A DNA stretch of 64,000 bases from Candidatus Latescibacterota bacterium. GTDB taxonomy: Bacteria > Latescibacterota > UBA2968 > UBA8231. Position 1 is the stretch's first letter. Each line of letters begins with the position of its first letter. The notes under the pieces were generated by a model. It searched no databases. It had not been told where the DNA came from and worked only from the letters and a program-made list of their open reading frames with translations. The position numbers and the translations under genes were made by a program. Shown here piece by piece: positions 8,987 through 19,300 of this stretch. The stretch lies in assembly GCA_965217585.1 (NCBI GenBank), contig OZ244561.1, forward strand, positions 2,048,001 to 2,112,000, given 5' to 3'.

Positions 8987-10696
8987 CTACCACAGCACCA
9001 CAAAAAGCAGGAAGCTAGCCACGGCCAAATAGACCCCGATCCACAACCCCGGCCGCAAATACCACTTAGGACCGTCCTCGCCGACCGCAAAGGGATACTC
9101 CGGCCGGATGGGTGCTTCCGTCAGGGTTTTCTGCAACCAGGTGCCTTCCAGCGCCACGAGCCGCCGGGCCATTACCGGGCGCAGTGCGGCCGGATCTTCG
9201 TGGCGAACGTAAATCAGCCCGCGCAATTCTTCGTCGCCCACTGGACCGCGCCGCCAGTCAATCAGCTTCGAGGCGACGTACATGCTCACCGCGGGCAGCA
9301 CCAAGTTCCACAGGTAGGTCCACCACGTATTCTGGTACCACACCGGCAGCGGCCACTCGTTGAAATCGGCCAAGATCGCCGACAGCCCGTAGCCAAGCCC
9401 CACCAGCAAGCCGACGATCCCGGTCTCGCGGTGTACTCGCGTAAAAACCCCCATCAAAATGACCGTCATCAGCGGCACGGCAATGGCCCCAGCCAGCCGC
9501 AGATAGAACATCAGCATCCCCTTCTCGCCCAAAAAGGGCACATAGATAAAACCCAGCGCCAGAATGATCGGCACCGAGATCCGCCCCACCTTGGTGTAGT
9601 GCGCGTCCGTGGCGTCCTTGACGATAAAGCGCGCGTACACGTCGCGCACGAAGAGCGAGGAAATGCCAATGCCGATGGAGTCAAAGGTCGAGTACCCAGC
9701 CGCCACCAGCCCGGCGACCACCAGCCCGACCAATCCGGCGGGTAGGTACGCCTCAATCATCAGCGGATAGGCCTGATCGACCATTTCTAGGCCGGGAAAC
9801 TGCGCCCGCGCCATCGGTCCCAAACTGACATTGAAGAACAGGCAGATCGCCGTGGCGATGCTAGCTACCAGCGCGGCCATTTTGAAATCCCACTCCGAGC
9901 GTGCGCCGAGGAAGCGGATGGCCTCGTACTGATTGATGACCGCGTACGTAGTCAACACCACCAAAAAACCGAATATCACGATGAAGGGGGGCACACCGGG
10001 CGGCGAATAGCCTCCCACGCGCAGCAGTGTATCCGCCAGCCCTTCTTCCACCGTCTCCAGCCGCGCCGCCACCCCATCCCAGCCACCCAGTCCCGAATAG
10101 ACGAATCCCCAGAGCACAAAAGAGGCCACGATCATCGTCGCGCTTTGTAGCGCGTCGGTCAGCACCCCGGCCCGCAAGCCGCCGCGCACGATGTAGAGCA
10201 CCGAGCTGAGTGCCACGCCCACCACCACCAACCAGCAAGTCGTCTCCTCAATTCCGGCGATGACATTGAGCACCAAGAACATGGAAAAGAAAATGTTGCC
10301 CAGCACGTTGGTCCGCGATTGGACGTTGATCAAGACCGCTAGCAGGCGGGCCGCCGGCCCGAAGCGGAACTCCAGCCACTCGGCGTTGGTAAAAACCCCA
10401 GAGCGGTACATCGGCACGATGACGAAGAAGCTGAGCACGGTCCAGCCCACGGCAATGCCCAACCACCACTGCGCCAACTGCGACAGCCCGAGGTTGTACG
10501 ATCCGCCGACAATGCCGACGTAATCGCCGCTATCGACAGCCGTCCCAAACGCCGACAGCCCAATCACCCACCAAGGCATGGACTTGGCCGCAAGGTACCA
10601 GTCGAAACTCTCACCCTTGTTGCGGAAGGCGATCAGGCTGTAGACGACGATGCCGCCGTTGAGGACCAAGACGACGGCCCAGTCTAATGTGGTCAT
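8987..10696 (-). CDS. Sodium:solute symporter (SSS family)
   Basis: Many TM segments; MPWW.IGLS, EWLEFRFG, GGLRA...TDALQ, FVRDVY motifs. Confidence 0.9.
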   Translation of the reverse strand: MTTLDWAVVLVLNGGIVVYSLIAFRNKGESFDWYLAAKSMPWWVIGLSAFGTAVDSGDYVGIVGGSYNLGLSQLAQWWLGIAVGWTVLSFFVIVPMYRSGVFTNAEWLEFRFGPAARLLAVLINVQSRTNVLGNIFFSMFLVLNVIAGIEETTCWLVVVGVALSSVLYIVRGGLRAGVLTDALQSATMIVASFVLWGFVYSGLGGWDGVAARLETVEEGLADTLLRVGGYSPPGVPPFIVIFGFLVVLTTYAVINQYEAIRFLGARSEWDFKMAALVASIATAICLFFNVSLGPMARAQFPGLEMVDQAYPLMIEAYLPAGLVGLVVAGLVAAGYSTFDSIGIGISSLFVRDVYARFIVKDATDAHYTKVGRISVPIILALGFIYVPFLGEKGMLMFYLRLAGAIAVPLMTVILMGVFTRVHRETGIVGLLVGLGYGLSAILADFNEWPLPVWYQNTWWTYLWNLVLPAVSMYVASKLIDWRRGPVGDEELRGLIYVRHEDPAALRPVMARRLVALEGTWLQKTLTEAPIRPEYPFAVGEDGPKWYLRPGLWIGVYLAVASFLLFVVLW

Positions 10697-10700
10697 CGCA

Positions 10701-11738
10701 TCACGGGGCCGGCAGGTGGTATCCGTCCTTGCCGACTTTTATCTTCGCCAAAATGCCTGGATTTTCGGGCGGCGCGCCCCCTCCGTAGGTGACGTAGAGC
10801 GTCTTGCTCTCCTCGCCGCGACCAAACGCCGTGTTGGTCGGAACCACGGGCGTGGGGATATAGGCTAGTTCCTCGCCGCTGGGCGAATACACGACAATGC
10901 CCGGGCGCGTCACGTCCCGCACCGCCACGTACAGGTTGCCGTCAACGTCAGCAACCAAGCCATCCGGCCCGTCTTCTGGATAGTAATCGACTAGCACCTC
11001 GCGGAATGTGGCCGTGCCGTCGGGATGCAGGTCGTACGCCAACAGAGCCATCCGACCCTTGTGCGCGGGCGTGCCTAGCAAGCGGAAGATTCCCGTATTG
11101 CCGTTGTCGTTGCTCACCACGTAGAGCGACTGCTGGTCCGGGGACACGCAGACGCCGTTGGGCTTACCCGCGTCGGTGATGATCCGCTCAATGGTGCCGT
11201 CGGGATCAATCCGGTACACCGCCATCACTGGCTGGTCGATCGGCTCGTGGCCGAGGTAGCGCGGGTCGCTGAAGTAGATACGGCCCTTTTCGTCGATGGA
11301 AATGTCGTTGGGGGCGTTAAAGGGGCGGCCCTCGTACAGCCCGGCGATGATCTCGGCCTTGCCGGTGGTCAGATCAGTGCGCGTCACGCGCTGCCCCCCA
11401 AAATCAGCGCCCTCCGCGGCGATCAGCCGACCCATCGCGTCGAACTTGAGGCCGTTGGACATGCCGCTGGGCGAGCGAAAGATCGCGGTCTTACCGGTCT
11501 TGGGATCATAGCGCCAAATGTGCCCGGCCTGCATCCCCGAGGGCTGGGAAAAGGTAATATCGCTGAAGAAAACCGAGCCGTCCGGGGCCACGGCCGGCCC
11601 CTCGGAAAAGAACGCGCCGTCGAAGAGCACTTCGAGCTTGGCCCCTGCGGGTATAATCGACGGATCGCCCATTGGCTCTTGGGCGAAAGCAGTGCCGGCC
11701 ACCAAGACCAGCGCAATTGTAGCGAGACGTTGCATCAT
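10701..11738 (-). CDS. SMP-30/gluconolactonase family protein, secreted
   Basis: Signal peptide; SEGP, FSDI, SNGL, PNDI, PNG, PDG motifs. Confidence 0.9.
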   Translation of the reverse strand: MMQRLATIALVLVAGTAFAQEPMGDPSIIPAGAKLEVLFDGAFFSEGPAVAPDGSVFFSDITFSQPSGMQAGHIWRYDPKTGKTAIFRSPSGMSNGLKFDAMGRLIAAEGADFGGQRVTRTDLTTGKAEIIAGLYEGRPFNAPNDISIDEKGRIYFSDPRYLGHEPIDQPVMAVYRIDPDGTIERIITDAGKPNGVCVSPDQQSLYVVSNDNGNTGIFRLLGTPAHKGRMALLAYDLHPDGTATFREVLVDYYPEDGPDGLVADVDGNLYVAVRDVTRPGIVVYSPSGEELAYIPTPVVPTNTAFGRGEESKTLYVTYGGGAPPENPGILAKIKVGKDGYHLPAP

Positions 11739-11780
11739 CGTATCTCTCCTTGGATTATGTGAAAGCCAAAGACTGATTGG

Positions 11781-12977
11781 TTAAGAAGGCGGCCACGGAT
11801 CCAAACAGGCTCCGGTCGGCCGCGGCCCACTCGGTCGCCACCTGAACGCATCATACGACCGGTATTCCAAGTCCAGCCACGGCGTCTCCAGCCGCTTGTG
11901 CCCCTCGTAGCGCGAAGTCAGCGCCGCTTCGAGGATGCCGCTGGTCAGCAGTGTGCGCTCGACCGGATACTGGGCCTCGCCGCTCAGGAACATCTCTTCG
12001 ACGTTGAGCGACAGGTAACTGAAATGAGCGTACGCCCCTTCCGGCCCGCCGTGCCCTTGAGCGTGGAATTCGCAGGCTTGCACCTGACCGCCGACCCGCG
12101 CCGCGTACGCCAAGTCGTGGACGTAGCCGTTGAGCATTAGCACAGCCCCCCGCAATCCGTCGCAGTATTCCACCACAAAAAGCGCCGGATTTTGGCAGTG
12201 TTCTTCCATCGTCCCCTCGGGCTTATCGACAATAGTCGCGCAGGCAGCCTCTGCTAGATCCCGCGACCATAACCCCTCATCGGCGGCCCGCCAGACAGCC
12301 TCCCCCTCCAGACAAGTCACCGCGGCCACTCCCGTCTCGCCGCCCTGCCGCCGCTCGACCATGCACTGGAGCACTTCGAGGGTGTGGAACCCATAGATAT
12401 CCAGCCCGGAAAACCCGATCGCCACCGCCTCCTCCAAGGGGGCCTCCAACTCGTGCTCAACCCAGGGCTGCCGCCAACACACCGGCAGCGAAGACCCGCC
12501 CATAAACGCCGCTCCCACTGCCTGCGCCCGTTGGTACATCCACAGCGCATCGGTCCAGCTATAGGACAAGTGCTTGTCGTTGAACACCGGCACCCCCCGC
12601 TTCGACGTCGCCATCACCCCGCAGATTTGCTCCATAAAGTAGCGTCGCGGATAGAGCTGCTGCTCCTTTTCGTTCCAGGCGTAATCCCCGTGCTCGCCAA
12701 TGGACAAGACCCCATCCACCGCTAGCTCCCGCCCCCCCAAACACAGCGCCGCCGGAATGCTATTAAAAATCGGCACCCCATGCTCTTGGGCCATCGCCCG
12801 TCCCATATCGTTTTCGGGAAACTGGTCGATGTACATAGACGCGATCTCGACCCTCGGCGTGCACAAGCTCTCGTCCGTGGGAAAACCCTTGAGGAACTTG
12901 GAGACGATCACGTCGGCGTGCGACCTAGGGCGATATTCGGTGATGATCGCCGCGATTTTCTTTTTGCTCATTTCCAT
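11781..12977 (-). CDS. Conserved hypothetical protein, probable Gfo/Idh/MocA-like oxidoreductase
   Basis: VDGVLSIGEHG, VFNDKHL, GGSSLP, YGFH.LE; lies within an operon. Confidence 0.5.
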   Translation of the reverse strand: MEMSKKKIAAIITEYRPRSHADVIVSKFLKGFPTDESLCTPRVEIASMYIDQFPENDMGRAMAQEHGVPIFNSIPAALCLGGRELAVDGVLSIGEHGDYAWNEKEQQLYPRRYFMEQICGVMATSKRGVPVFNDKHLSYSWTDALWMYQRAQAVGAAFMGGSSLPVCWRQPWVEHELEAPLEEAVAIGFSGLDIYGFHTLEVLQCMVERRQGGETGVAAVTCLEGEAVWRAADEGLWSRDLAEAACATIVDKPEGTMEEHCQNPALFVVEYCDGLRGAVLMLNGYVHDLAYAARVGGQVQACEFHAQGHGGPEGAYAHFSYLSLNVEEMFLSGEAQYPVERTLLTSGILEAALTSRYEGHKRLETPWLDLEYRSYDAFRWRPSGPRPTGACLDPWPPS

Positions 12978-12981
12978 TTTC

Positions 12982-13944
12982 CTACCTGACCGCCGCCAAC
13001 GCGGCAAACAACGCCTTGATGTACCCCACCGAGTACGCCAACCCCCGCGTCAATGACCCCTCGTCCCCTTCTAGCGCCGGAATGTGGTCGGGGTTAATGC
13101 ACCCATCGAAACCCACCCGGTCCAACTCCAGCAGGATTTTGGCCATATTCATGTCGCCGTCGTCGAGCAGGGTTTCTTCAAACCCCCCGGCCGTGGCCAA
13201 GCTCCCGCGCACATTGCGCAAGTGCACCATGAAGATCCGGCCCTTGCGCCCGTAGTTGTGAACCTCGTCGAGCACTAAGGGCAAACCCCCGGCCTCGGCG
13301 CGGGTGCCGCAGCAGTAGAGGTACCCAACCTGGCGGCTGGGAAAGGCGTCGATGACCTTGTGAAAGCCCAAGCCACCCAGCGGCGTATCCGGCAGCGGCG
13401 AGTCCGAAGGATGGATCGCCAGCTTGATGTCGCGGTCTTCGGCAATGGGCACCAAGCGCTCGTACACAGTGCAAAAGCGCGCCCACCACGTATCCAACGC
13501 CTCGGGCGAGGGGGGGCCTTGATCGCTCTCGACCAAGCTGCGGCTCTCGGCCCGGTAGTGGTAGCCACCGCGCCGCGGCGAGTTCCAGTGGTGGAGCATC
13601 CAAGGGAATACATCGCCGTGGAATCGCTGCCGCGCAATGGGCGCGCCGGCCTCGGCAAAGACCTCCAGCGCCGCGGCCGCGTTTTCCAACTCCTTCCCGC
13701 CGTCGTCCTGCCCGGACATGAACTTTTCAGTTATGTCCGGCAGGGTCACGCGGTTGAAGTCCAGCCCCCAAGAACGGATTTTTTTTCTTATTTTTATCAC
13801 GGCGTCCAAGTCGGGATAGCCCTGCTCTTTGACCCCGGGGAAGTAATCGCCCGCGCCAAAGTCCAAGCAATCCACCCCGAGTTGGGTGACGTAGCGCAGA
13901 TACGATTCCGACAAATCGCCGTGCCAAGCGGATATTTTTAGCAT
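12982..13944 (-). CDS. Mannonate dehydratase (UxuA)-like TIM-barrel protein
   Basis: LAIHPSD.P, VHLRNVRG, F.ET...DGDMNM, PDH.P, AYSVGYIKAL; SD AAAGGAGG. Confidence 0.75.
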   Translation of the reverse strand: MLKISAWHGDLSESYLRYVTQLGVDCLDFGAGDYFPGVKEQGYPDLDAVIKIRKKIRSWGLDFNRVTLPDITEKFMSGQDDGGKELENAAAALEVFAEAGAPIARQRFHGDVFPWMLHHWNSPRRGGYHYRAESRSLVESDQGPPSPEALDTWWARFCTVYERLVPIAEDRDIKLAIHPSDSPLPDTPLGGLGFHKVIDAFPSRQVGYLYCCGTRAEAGGLPLVLDEVHNYGRKGRIFMVHLRNVRGSLATAGGFEETLLDDGDMNMAKILLELDRVGFDGCINPDHIPALEGDEGSLTRGLAYSVGYIKALFAALAAVR

Positions 13945-14035
13945 CGCTTGCCCTCCTTTCGCGGGGCACAAAATAGCCAAGTCCCCCCAATCCAACAAGC
14001 AGCGGTGCCGCTCTTGTCCATAGGACCATAAAAAC

Positions 14036-14446
14036 ATGCCAGCACAGCCTCCCGACTTCACACTCACCCTAGCCGTCCGCGACTACGAATGCGATCTCCA
14101 AGGCGTCGTCAACAACGCCGTGTACCAGAACTACCTTGAACACGCCCGCCACCAGTATTTGCAAAGCCTCGGCCTCAGCTTTGCCCGCTTCCACGAACAG
14201 GGCCACGACTTGGTCCTCACCCGCGCTGAAATCGACTACAAGGCTCCCCTCCGAAGTGGCGACCGCTTCACGGTTGAGTTGCGCGTAGAACGGGAGAGCC
14301 GCCTGCGCTTTTGCTTTGTCCAAGACATCTTCAGAGAAGCCGACGGCGCACACGTGCTACACGGACGCCTCATCGGCACCAGCCTCAACCGCGACGGGAA
14401 TCGCGGCTTTCCGCCTGAGATAGAGGAACTGTTGGCGAATCGCTGA
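14036..14446 (+). CDS. Acyl-CoA thioesterase (YbgC/4HBT family)
   Basis: VRDYECDLQGVVNNAVYQNYLEHAR. Confidence 0.92.
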   Translation: MPAQPPDFTLTLAVRDYECDLQGVVNNAVYQNYLEHARHQYLQSLGLSFARFHEQGHDLVLTRAEIDYKAPLRSGDRFTVELRVERESRLRFCFVQDIFREADGAHVLHGRLIGTSLNRDGNRGFPPEIEELLANR

Positions 14447-14539
14447 TTTTTTGTCGGATACGTCAGTACACGTGAGCACGTTGCGCTTGTTTTGCTCAAT
14501 CGTTACGCTCAGTCTTGGTCCTTCGTTTGAGGAGTCGTC

Positions 14540-16300
14540 ATGCCCGCATCCTACCCCCGCATCCCCTACGGTTGGGCCGATTTCAAGGCCATTCGGTTAG
14601 AAAACCGCCTCTACGTCGATAAGACCCGCTTTGTTCACGCACTGGAAGAGGAGCGCTACGCCTTTTTCATTCGTCCCCGTCGCTTTGGCAAATCCTGCTG
14701 GGTGTCCCTGCTGGACAATTATTATGAACGCAACCGCGCCGATGCCTTTGAGGCCGTCTTCGGCGGCACGGACTTGGGGCGGCACCCGACCGAAAACCGC
14801 CACCGCTACGTCGTCTTGCGCTTCAACTTTTCGGCGTTCAAAAACGCGCTGGAAACCCTCGAATACCACTTTGAAGAGTATTGTCAACTGATAGTCCGGC
14901 ACGCGCTGGAGCGGAATGCGGATTTGTTTCCCGAGGCGGCGCGGCAGCACATCCGCTCGCCGAGTTCGGTCAATGGCCAGCTCAACGAGTTATTCCTGTA
15001 CGCCGGCGATCACGGCATTCCGCTGTACGTGCTCATCGACGAGTACGACAACTTCGCCAACACGGTGCTGGCCTATCACGGGACAGAGGCGTATCAGTCC
15101 TTCACCCACGGCGGCGGCTTTTATCGCAACTTTTTCGCCACGCTCAAGGATGGGGCCGGGCAGAGCGATGGCGGGCTAGAACGCATGTTTATCACCGGCG
15201 TATCGCCGATTACCATGGACGACGTCACCAGCGGCTTCAACATCGGCAAGAACATCAGCTTGCGCCCGGAGTTCAACGATATGCTCGGCTTCACCGAGGA
15301 GGAGGTGCAGAACCTGCTGGAAATGTACCGGGACTACGGCGTGTTCAATCAGGATGTCGAAGCCGCGCTGGCGGTGATGCGAGAGTGGTACAACGGCTAT
15401 CGGTTCGCCAAGAGTGCCCAAGGCGACCTCTACAACACCGACATGGTTCTCTATTTCCTCGATGAGTCCATACCGAACAGAGGGATGCCGGACGAATTGA
15501 TCGACACCAATGTCCGCATCGACTACGGCAAGTTGCGCCACCTGCTGACCGTCAACCGTCAACTCAACGGCAACTTCGACCTGCTGCGCCACATCATCGG
15601 TGAGGAGAGCACCGAAAGCAACATCCAACTCAGCTTCCCCTTGGACCGGCTGGACCGGCGCGAAAACTTCCTGTCGCTGCTGCATTACTTCGGCCTACTC
15701 AGCATTCGGGACGTGTCACATGGTGTCCCCCGGTTGGGCATTCCCAATCAAACGGTCAAGCGGCTGATGTACGGCTACCTGCGCGATGCGTACGATGATG
15801 TGGGGGTGTTTTCCGTCGATGTGTACACCTTCTCCCGCCTAGTGCGCGAGATGGCCTACGACGGCACGTGGCGACCGGCCTTGGACTTTTTGCGTGAGGC
15901 CCTCGCTGAACAAACCGGAATCCGCGACTACATGGATGGCGAAAAGGTGGGCCACGGCTTTGTCGCGGCTCACTTCAGCATGGTGGATCAGTTCCTGCTC
16001 CACTCGGAATACGAACTGAACAAGGGGTTCGCGGATCTCTACCTAGAGCCATTCGTCGCCCAATACTCCGACATGAGGTACGGCTACGTACTCGAACTCA
16101 AGTACCTGAAGCGAAGCGAGGCCCTTGACGAATCCCTAGTGGCGGACAAGGTGCAAGAGGCCGTGCTTCAATTGCGCGGCTACTTAGCGGACCCGTTCTT
16201 GCCGCGCCGCTACCCGTCGGTGCAGCACCTTGGCTTGGCGATGGTGTTTCACGGTTGGGAGTTGGTGGCTTACGAGGCGGTGGGCGACGCTGGGGGCTAA
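14540..16300 (+). CDS. AAA-ATPase-like protein with C-terminal PD-(D/E)XK nuclease
   Basis: YVDKT, RPRRFGKS (Walker A variant), LIDEYD (Walker B), FITGV, WYNGY; C-terminal E...GFADL...LELKY. Confidence 0.9.
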   Translation: MPASYPRIPYGWADFKAIRLENRLYVDKTRFVHALEEERYAFFIRPRRFGKSCWVSLLDNYYERNRADAFEAVFGGTDLGRHPTENRHRYVVLRFNFSAFKNALETLEYHFEEYCQLIVRHALERNADLFPEAARQHIRSPSSVNGQLNELFLYAGDHGIPLYVLIDEYDNFANTVLAYHGTEAYQSFTHGGGFYRNFFATLKDGAGQSDGGLERMFITGVSPITMDDVTSGFNIGKNISLRPEFNDMLGFTEEEVQNLLEMYRDYGVFNQDVEAALAVMREWYNGYRFAKSAQGDLYNTDMVLYFLDESIPNRGMPDELIDTNVRIDYGKLRHLLTVNRQLNGNFDLLRHIIGEESTESNIQLSFPLDRLDRRENFLSLLHYFGLLSIRDVSHGVPRLGIPNQTVKRLMYGYLRDAYDDVGVFSVDVYTFSRLVREMAYDGTWRPALDFLREALAEQTGIRDYMDGEKVGHGFVAAHFSMVDQFLLHSEYELNKGFADLYLEPFVAQYSDMRYGYVLELKYLKRSEALDESLVADKVQEAVLQLRGYLADPFLPRRYPSVQHLGLAMVFHGWELVAYEAVGDAGG

Positions 16301-16360
16301 CGCGGAATCTTTTTTATTCGGCGTCTCATCCGAGGCTCTATCTATAAAGGAATTGACCTT

Positions 16361-19300
16361 ATGAAGTCTTTGATCGGCGGTCTCATCGGGCTGGTGTTGA
16401 GTGTCAGCGTCGGCGCGGAGCCGCTGCTTGAGGGCCGGGTGCGGCTGTCTTCTGGGCAGCCAGCAGCGGATGTGCAGGTACGGCTGTTTGACTTGACCGA
16501 TTTGCGCCGGTTTGTCGGCACGACCACGGATGCGGCTGGTTTTTTTGCGCTGTCTTTGCAAACACTCTCAGGAGGTAGGACTCTGCCGACCGATTTTGCG
16601 CTGGGGCAGAATTACCCCAACCCGTTCAATCCCTCCACCATCATTCCCTACCAACTGCCAGCGTCTGGCCACGTACGGCTGGAAGTGTTCAATGTGCTGG
16701 GGCAACGGCTGGCGACGTTAGTGGAAGCGGAGCGGTCGGCGGGGGCGCACACGGCGCAATGGGATGGGACGGATGCGTCGGGGCGAGCTGTGGGGGCGGG
16801 GGTGTATATCTATCGGCTGAGTAGCGGTGGAATGACGGAGAGTCAGCGGATGGTGTTGGTGGATGGGCAGGCGGGAATTCCGGCGGTGGGGGCGGCTCAG
16901 GGGCCGGTGCGGGTGGTGGAAGGTGTGGTGGAAGCGGATGATCGGGTCTATGGGCTGATCGTTTCGGGAGAGGGGTTGGTCGCGTATGTGGACCCGGCTT
17001 TTCGGGTGGAGGTTGATGAGGCGGACATTGTGCTCGAAGAGTACGGCAGCAGTCCGCGGATGAAGCTCACTACGGACAGGATTTTAGGCGATGTGAACAA
17101 CGATGGCCAAGTCGATGCCTTCGATGCGCTGTATGTGCTGCTGTACAGCGAGGATTCGTCTATTGCGCTCCCCAACAACGGCGATATTTCTCTCGGCGAT
17201 GTCAACGGCGATGGCCAAGTCGATCTCGCCGACGCCGTGCTCCTCGCCACATACAGCGTCAATCCGTCTGATCCTACGTTGCCGCCGGGGATCGGTCAGG
17301 CCGCCCCGGACTTGGAGCATCCGGTAAGCGCAGTTGCCTTTTCGCATATATACTGGACGGATAGCCATACCCATACCATTCAGCGCGCCAGCTTGGATGG
17401 ATCTAATATCGAAACCCTCGTCGCGTTAGAGGACATCGGGGGATTCAGATACGGTGGCCCCTTCGGCCTCGCCTTAGACGTGGACGGGGGCAAGATGTAC
17501 TGGACGGAAGGACATTGGAGAATCCGGCGTGCGAACTTAGATGGGTCCAACATCGAATTCCTCATCATTACCGGGGATACGCCATCCGACCTCACCTTGG
17601 ATGTGGCTGGAGGCAAAATGTACTGGACGGACGATCGCGGGGGTATCGGCTGGGGAGGTACCATCCGGCGTGCGAACTTGGATGGGTCCAACAGGGAAAC
17701 CCTCCTCATTACCGAAGGTGAAGCCTCCAATCTCGTCTTAGACGTGGCTGGAGGCAAAATGTACTGGACAGATTGGGTCAACCGTACCTTTCAGCGTGCG
17801 AACTTGGATGGGTCCAATGTCGAGACCCTCATCACCGGATTGAAGCTGCGGAACCTCGCCTTAGACGTGGCTGGAGGCAAAATGTACTGGACGGAAGTCG
17901 ATGATACCACATACTCCCCAGCAGATAAAATCCGGCGCGCCAACTTAGATGGGTCCAACATCGAAACCCTCATCACTGGATTGGGGCTCCCATACGGTAT
18001 CGCCTTAGACGTGGCTGGAGGCAAAATGTACTGGACGGACGATAGAGGTGAGCGCTACCCCGATAAAAGCCCGCACGGCAACATCCAGTGCGCCAATTTG
18101 GATGGTTCCAACATCGACACCCTCATCACCGGATTAGATCTGCCACGCTTCATTGCCCTCGGACCGTACCAACGAACCAACCATGAGCAGATCCCAATGA
18201 GGAGCCGTCAAGAGGCTCGCAGCGAGCTAGGAGAACGGGGCATCCCCTATAGCCAACGCTCCTTCGTTACCTACGCACAAAATGGGGATCTGGATTTGGT
18301 GCGGTTATTTGTTGAGGCCGGCTTGGATGTCAACGTCCAACCCTATAGCTCCTCCAGTGTCTACATACCAACACAGGAGGATGTGGAGCAGCTAGATGAT
18401 CTGGAGGCCGTGTGGTTTCGGCAAGACGGAGATGAGGATAACGATACCGCCCTAATGAAGGCCGCTGGACAAGGCCACATAGAAGTAGTGCGTTTCTTGG
18501 TTGAACAGGGAGCGGATCTCAATATCCGCAACAGACAAGATCAAAACGCCTTAATGTTCGCTGCCGCGGGTGGCCACTTGGCAGTGGTCACCTTTCTACT
18601 CGATAGAGAAGCCGATGCACGCTCTCCAGTTAATATCTTCTATGATTACAGATCCGGCCCCATCAATCCCCTGATGTGGGCGGCCTATAACGGTCATTTG
18701 GACATGTTCAACCTCCTGCTAGATTACGCAAAACAAATCAACGACAATTACACTCTTCTCGTTGCCTCCTTGGGGTGGGCCGCCTATCGCGGCCATTTGG
18801 ACATCGTTCACTTACTGCTAGAATACGGAGTCGACATCAATGCCTATCCCCAGAGTTTTGATTTTGGGTATGGTCCTACGGCATTGATGTTGGCCGCTTA
18901 TAGTGGCCAGTTGGAGGTGGTCCGCTTGCTGCTAGAAAACGGGGCCGATATTCACATTCGGACAGCCGAATGGCTATCTGTACAGACCGACCTTGGCACC
19001 ATTTACTTCCAAGAGATCGGTGGAAATGCCTTGATGATAGCCATTAATCAAGGCCATGCCGAGGTGGCGCGCCTTTTATTGGAACATTGGATGTGGGAAT
19101 ACAGTGCCGATGGCCGAGATGATTACGGTACATCCGTCTTGATGTTTGCCGCCGCCGCAGGCGACCTAGAGATGGCGCGCCTACTGCTAGAAAACGGAGC
19201 CCCAGTCAATGCCCAAACGGATGTCGGCACAACTGCTTTGATGTTTGCCGCTGCTTTTGGACGTGTAGAGATGGTGCGCTTCCTCGTCGGGAACGGGGCA

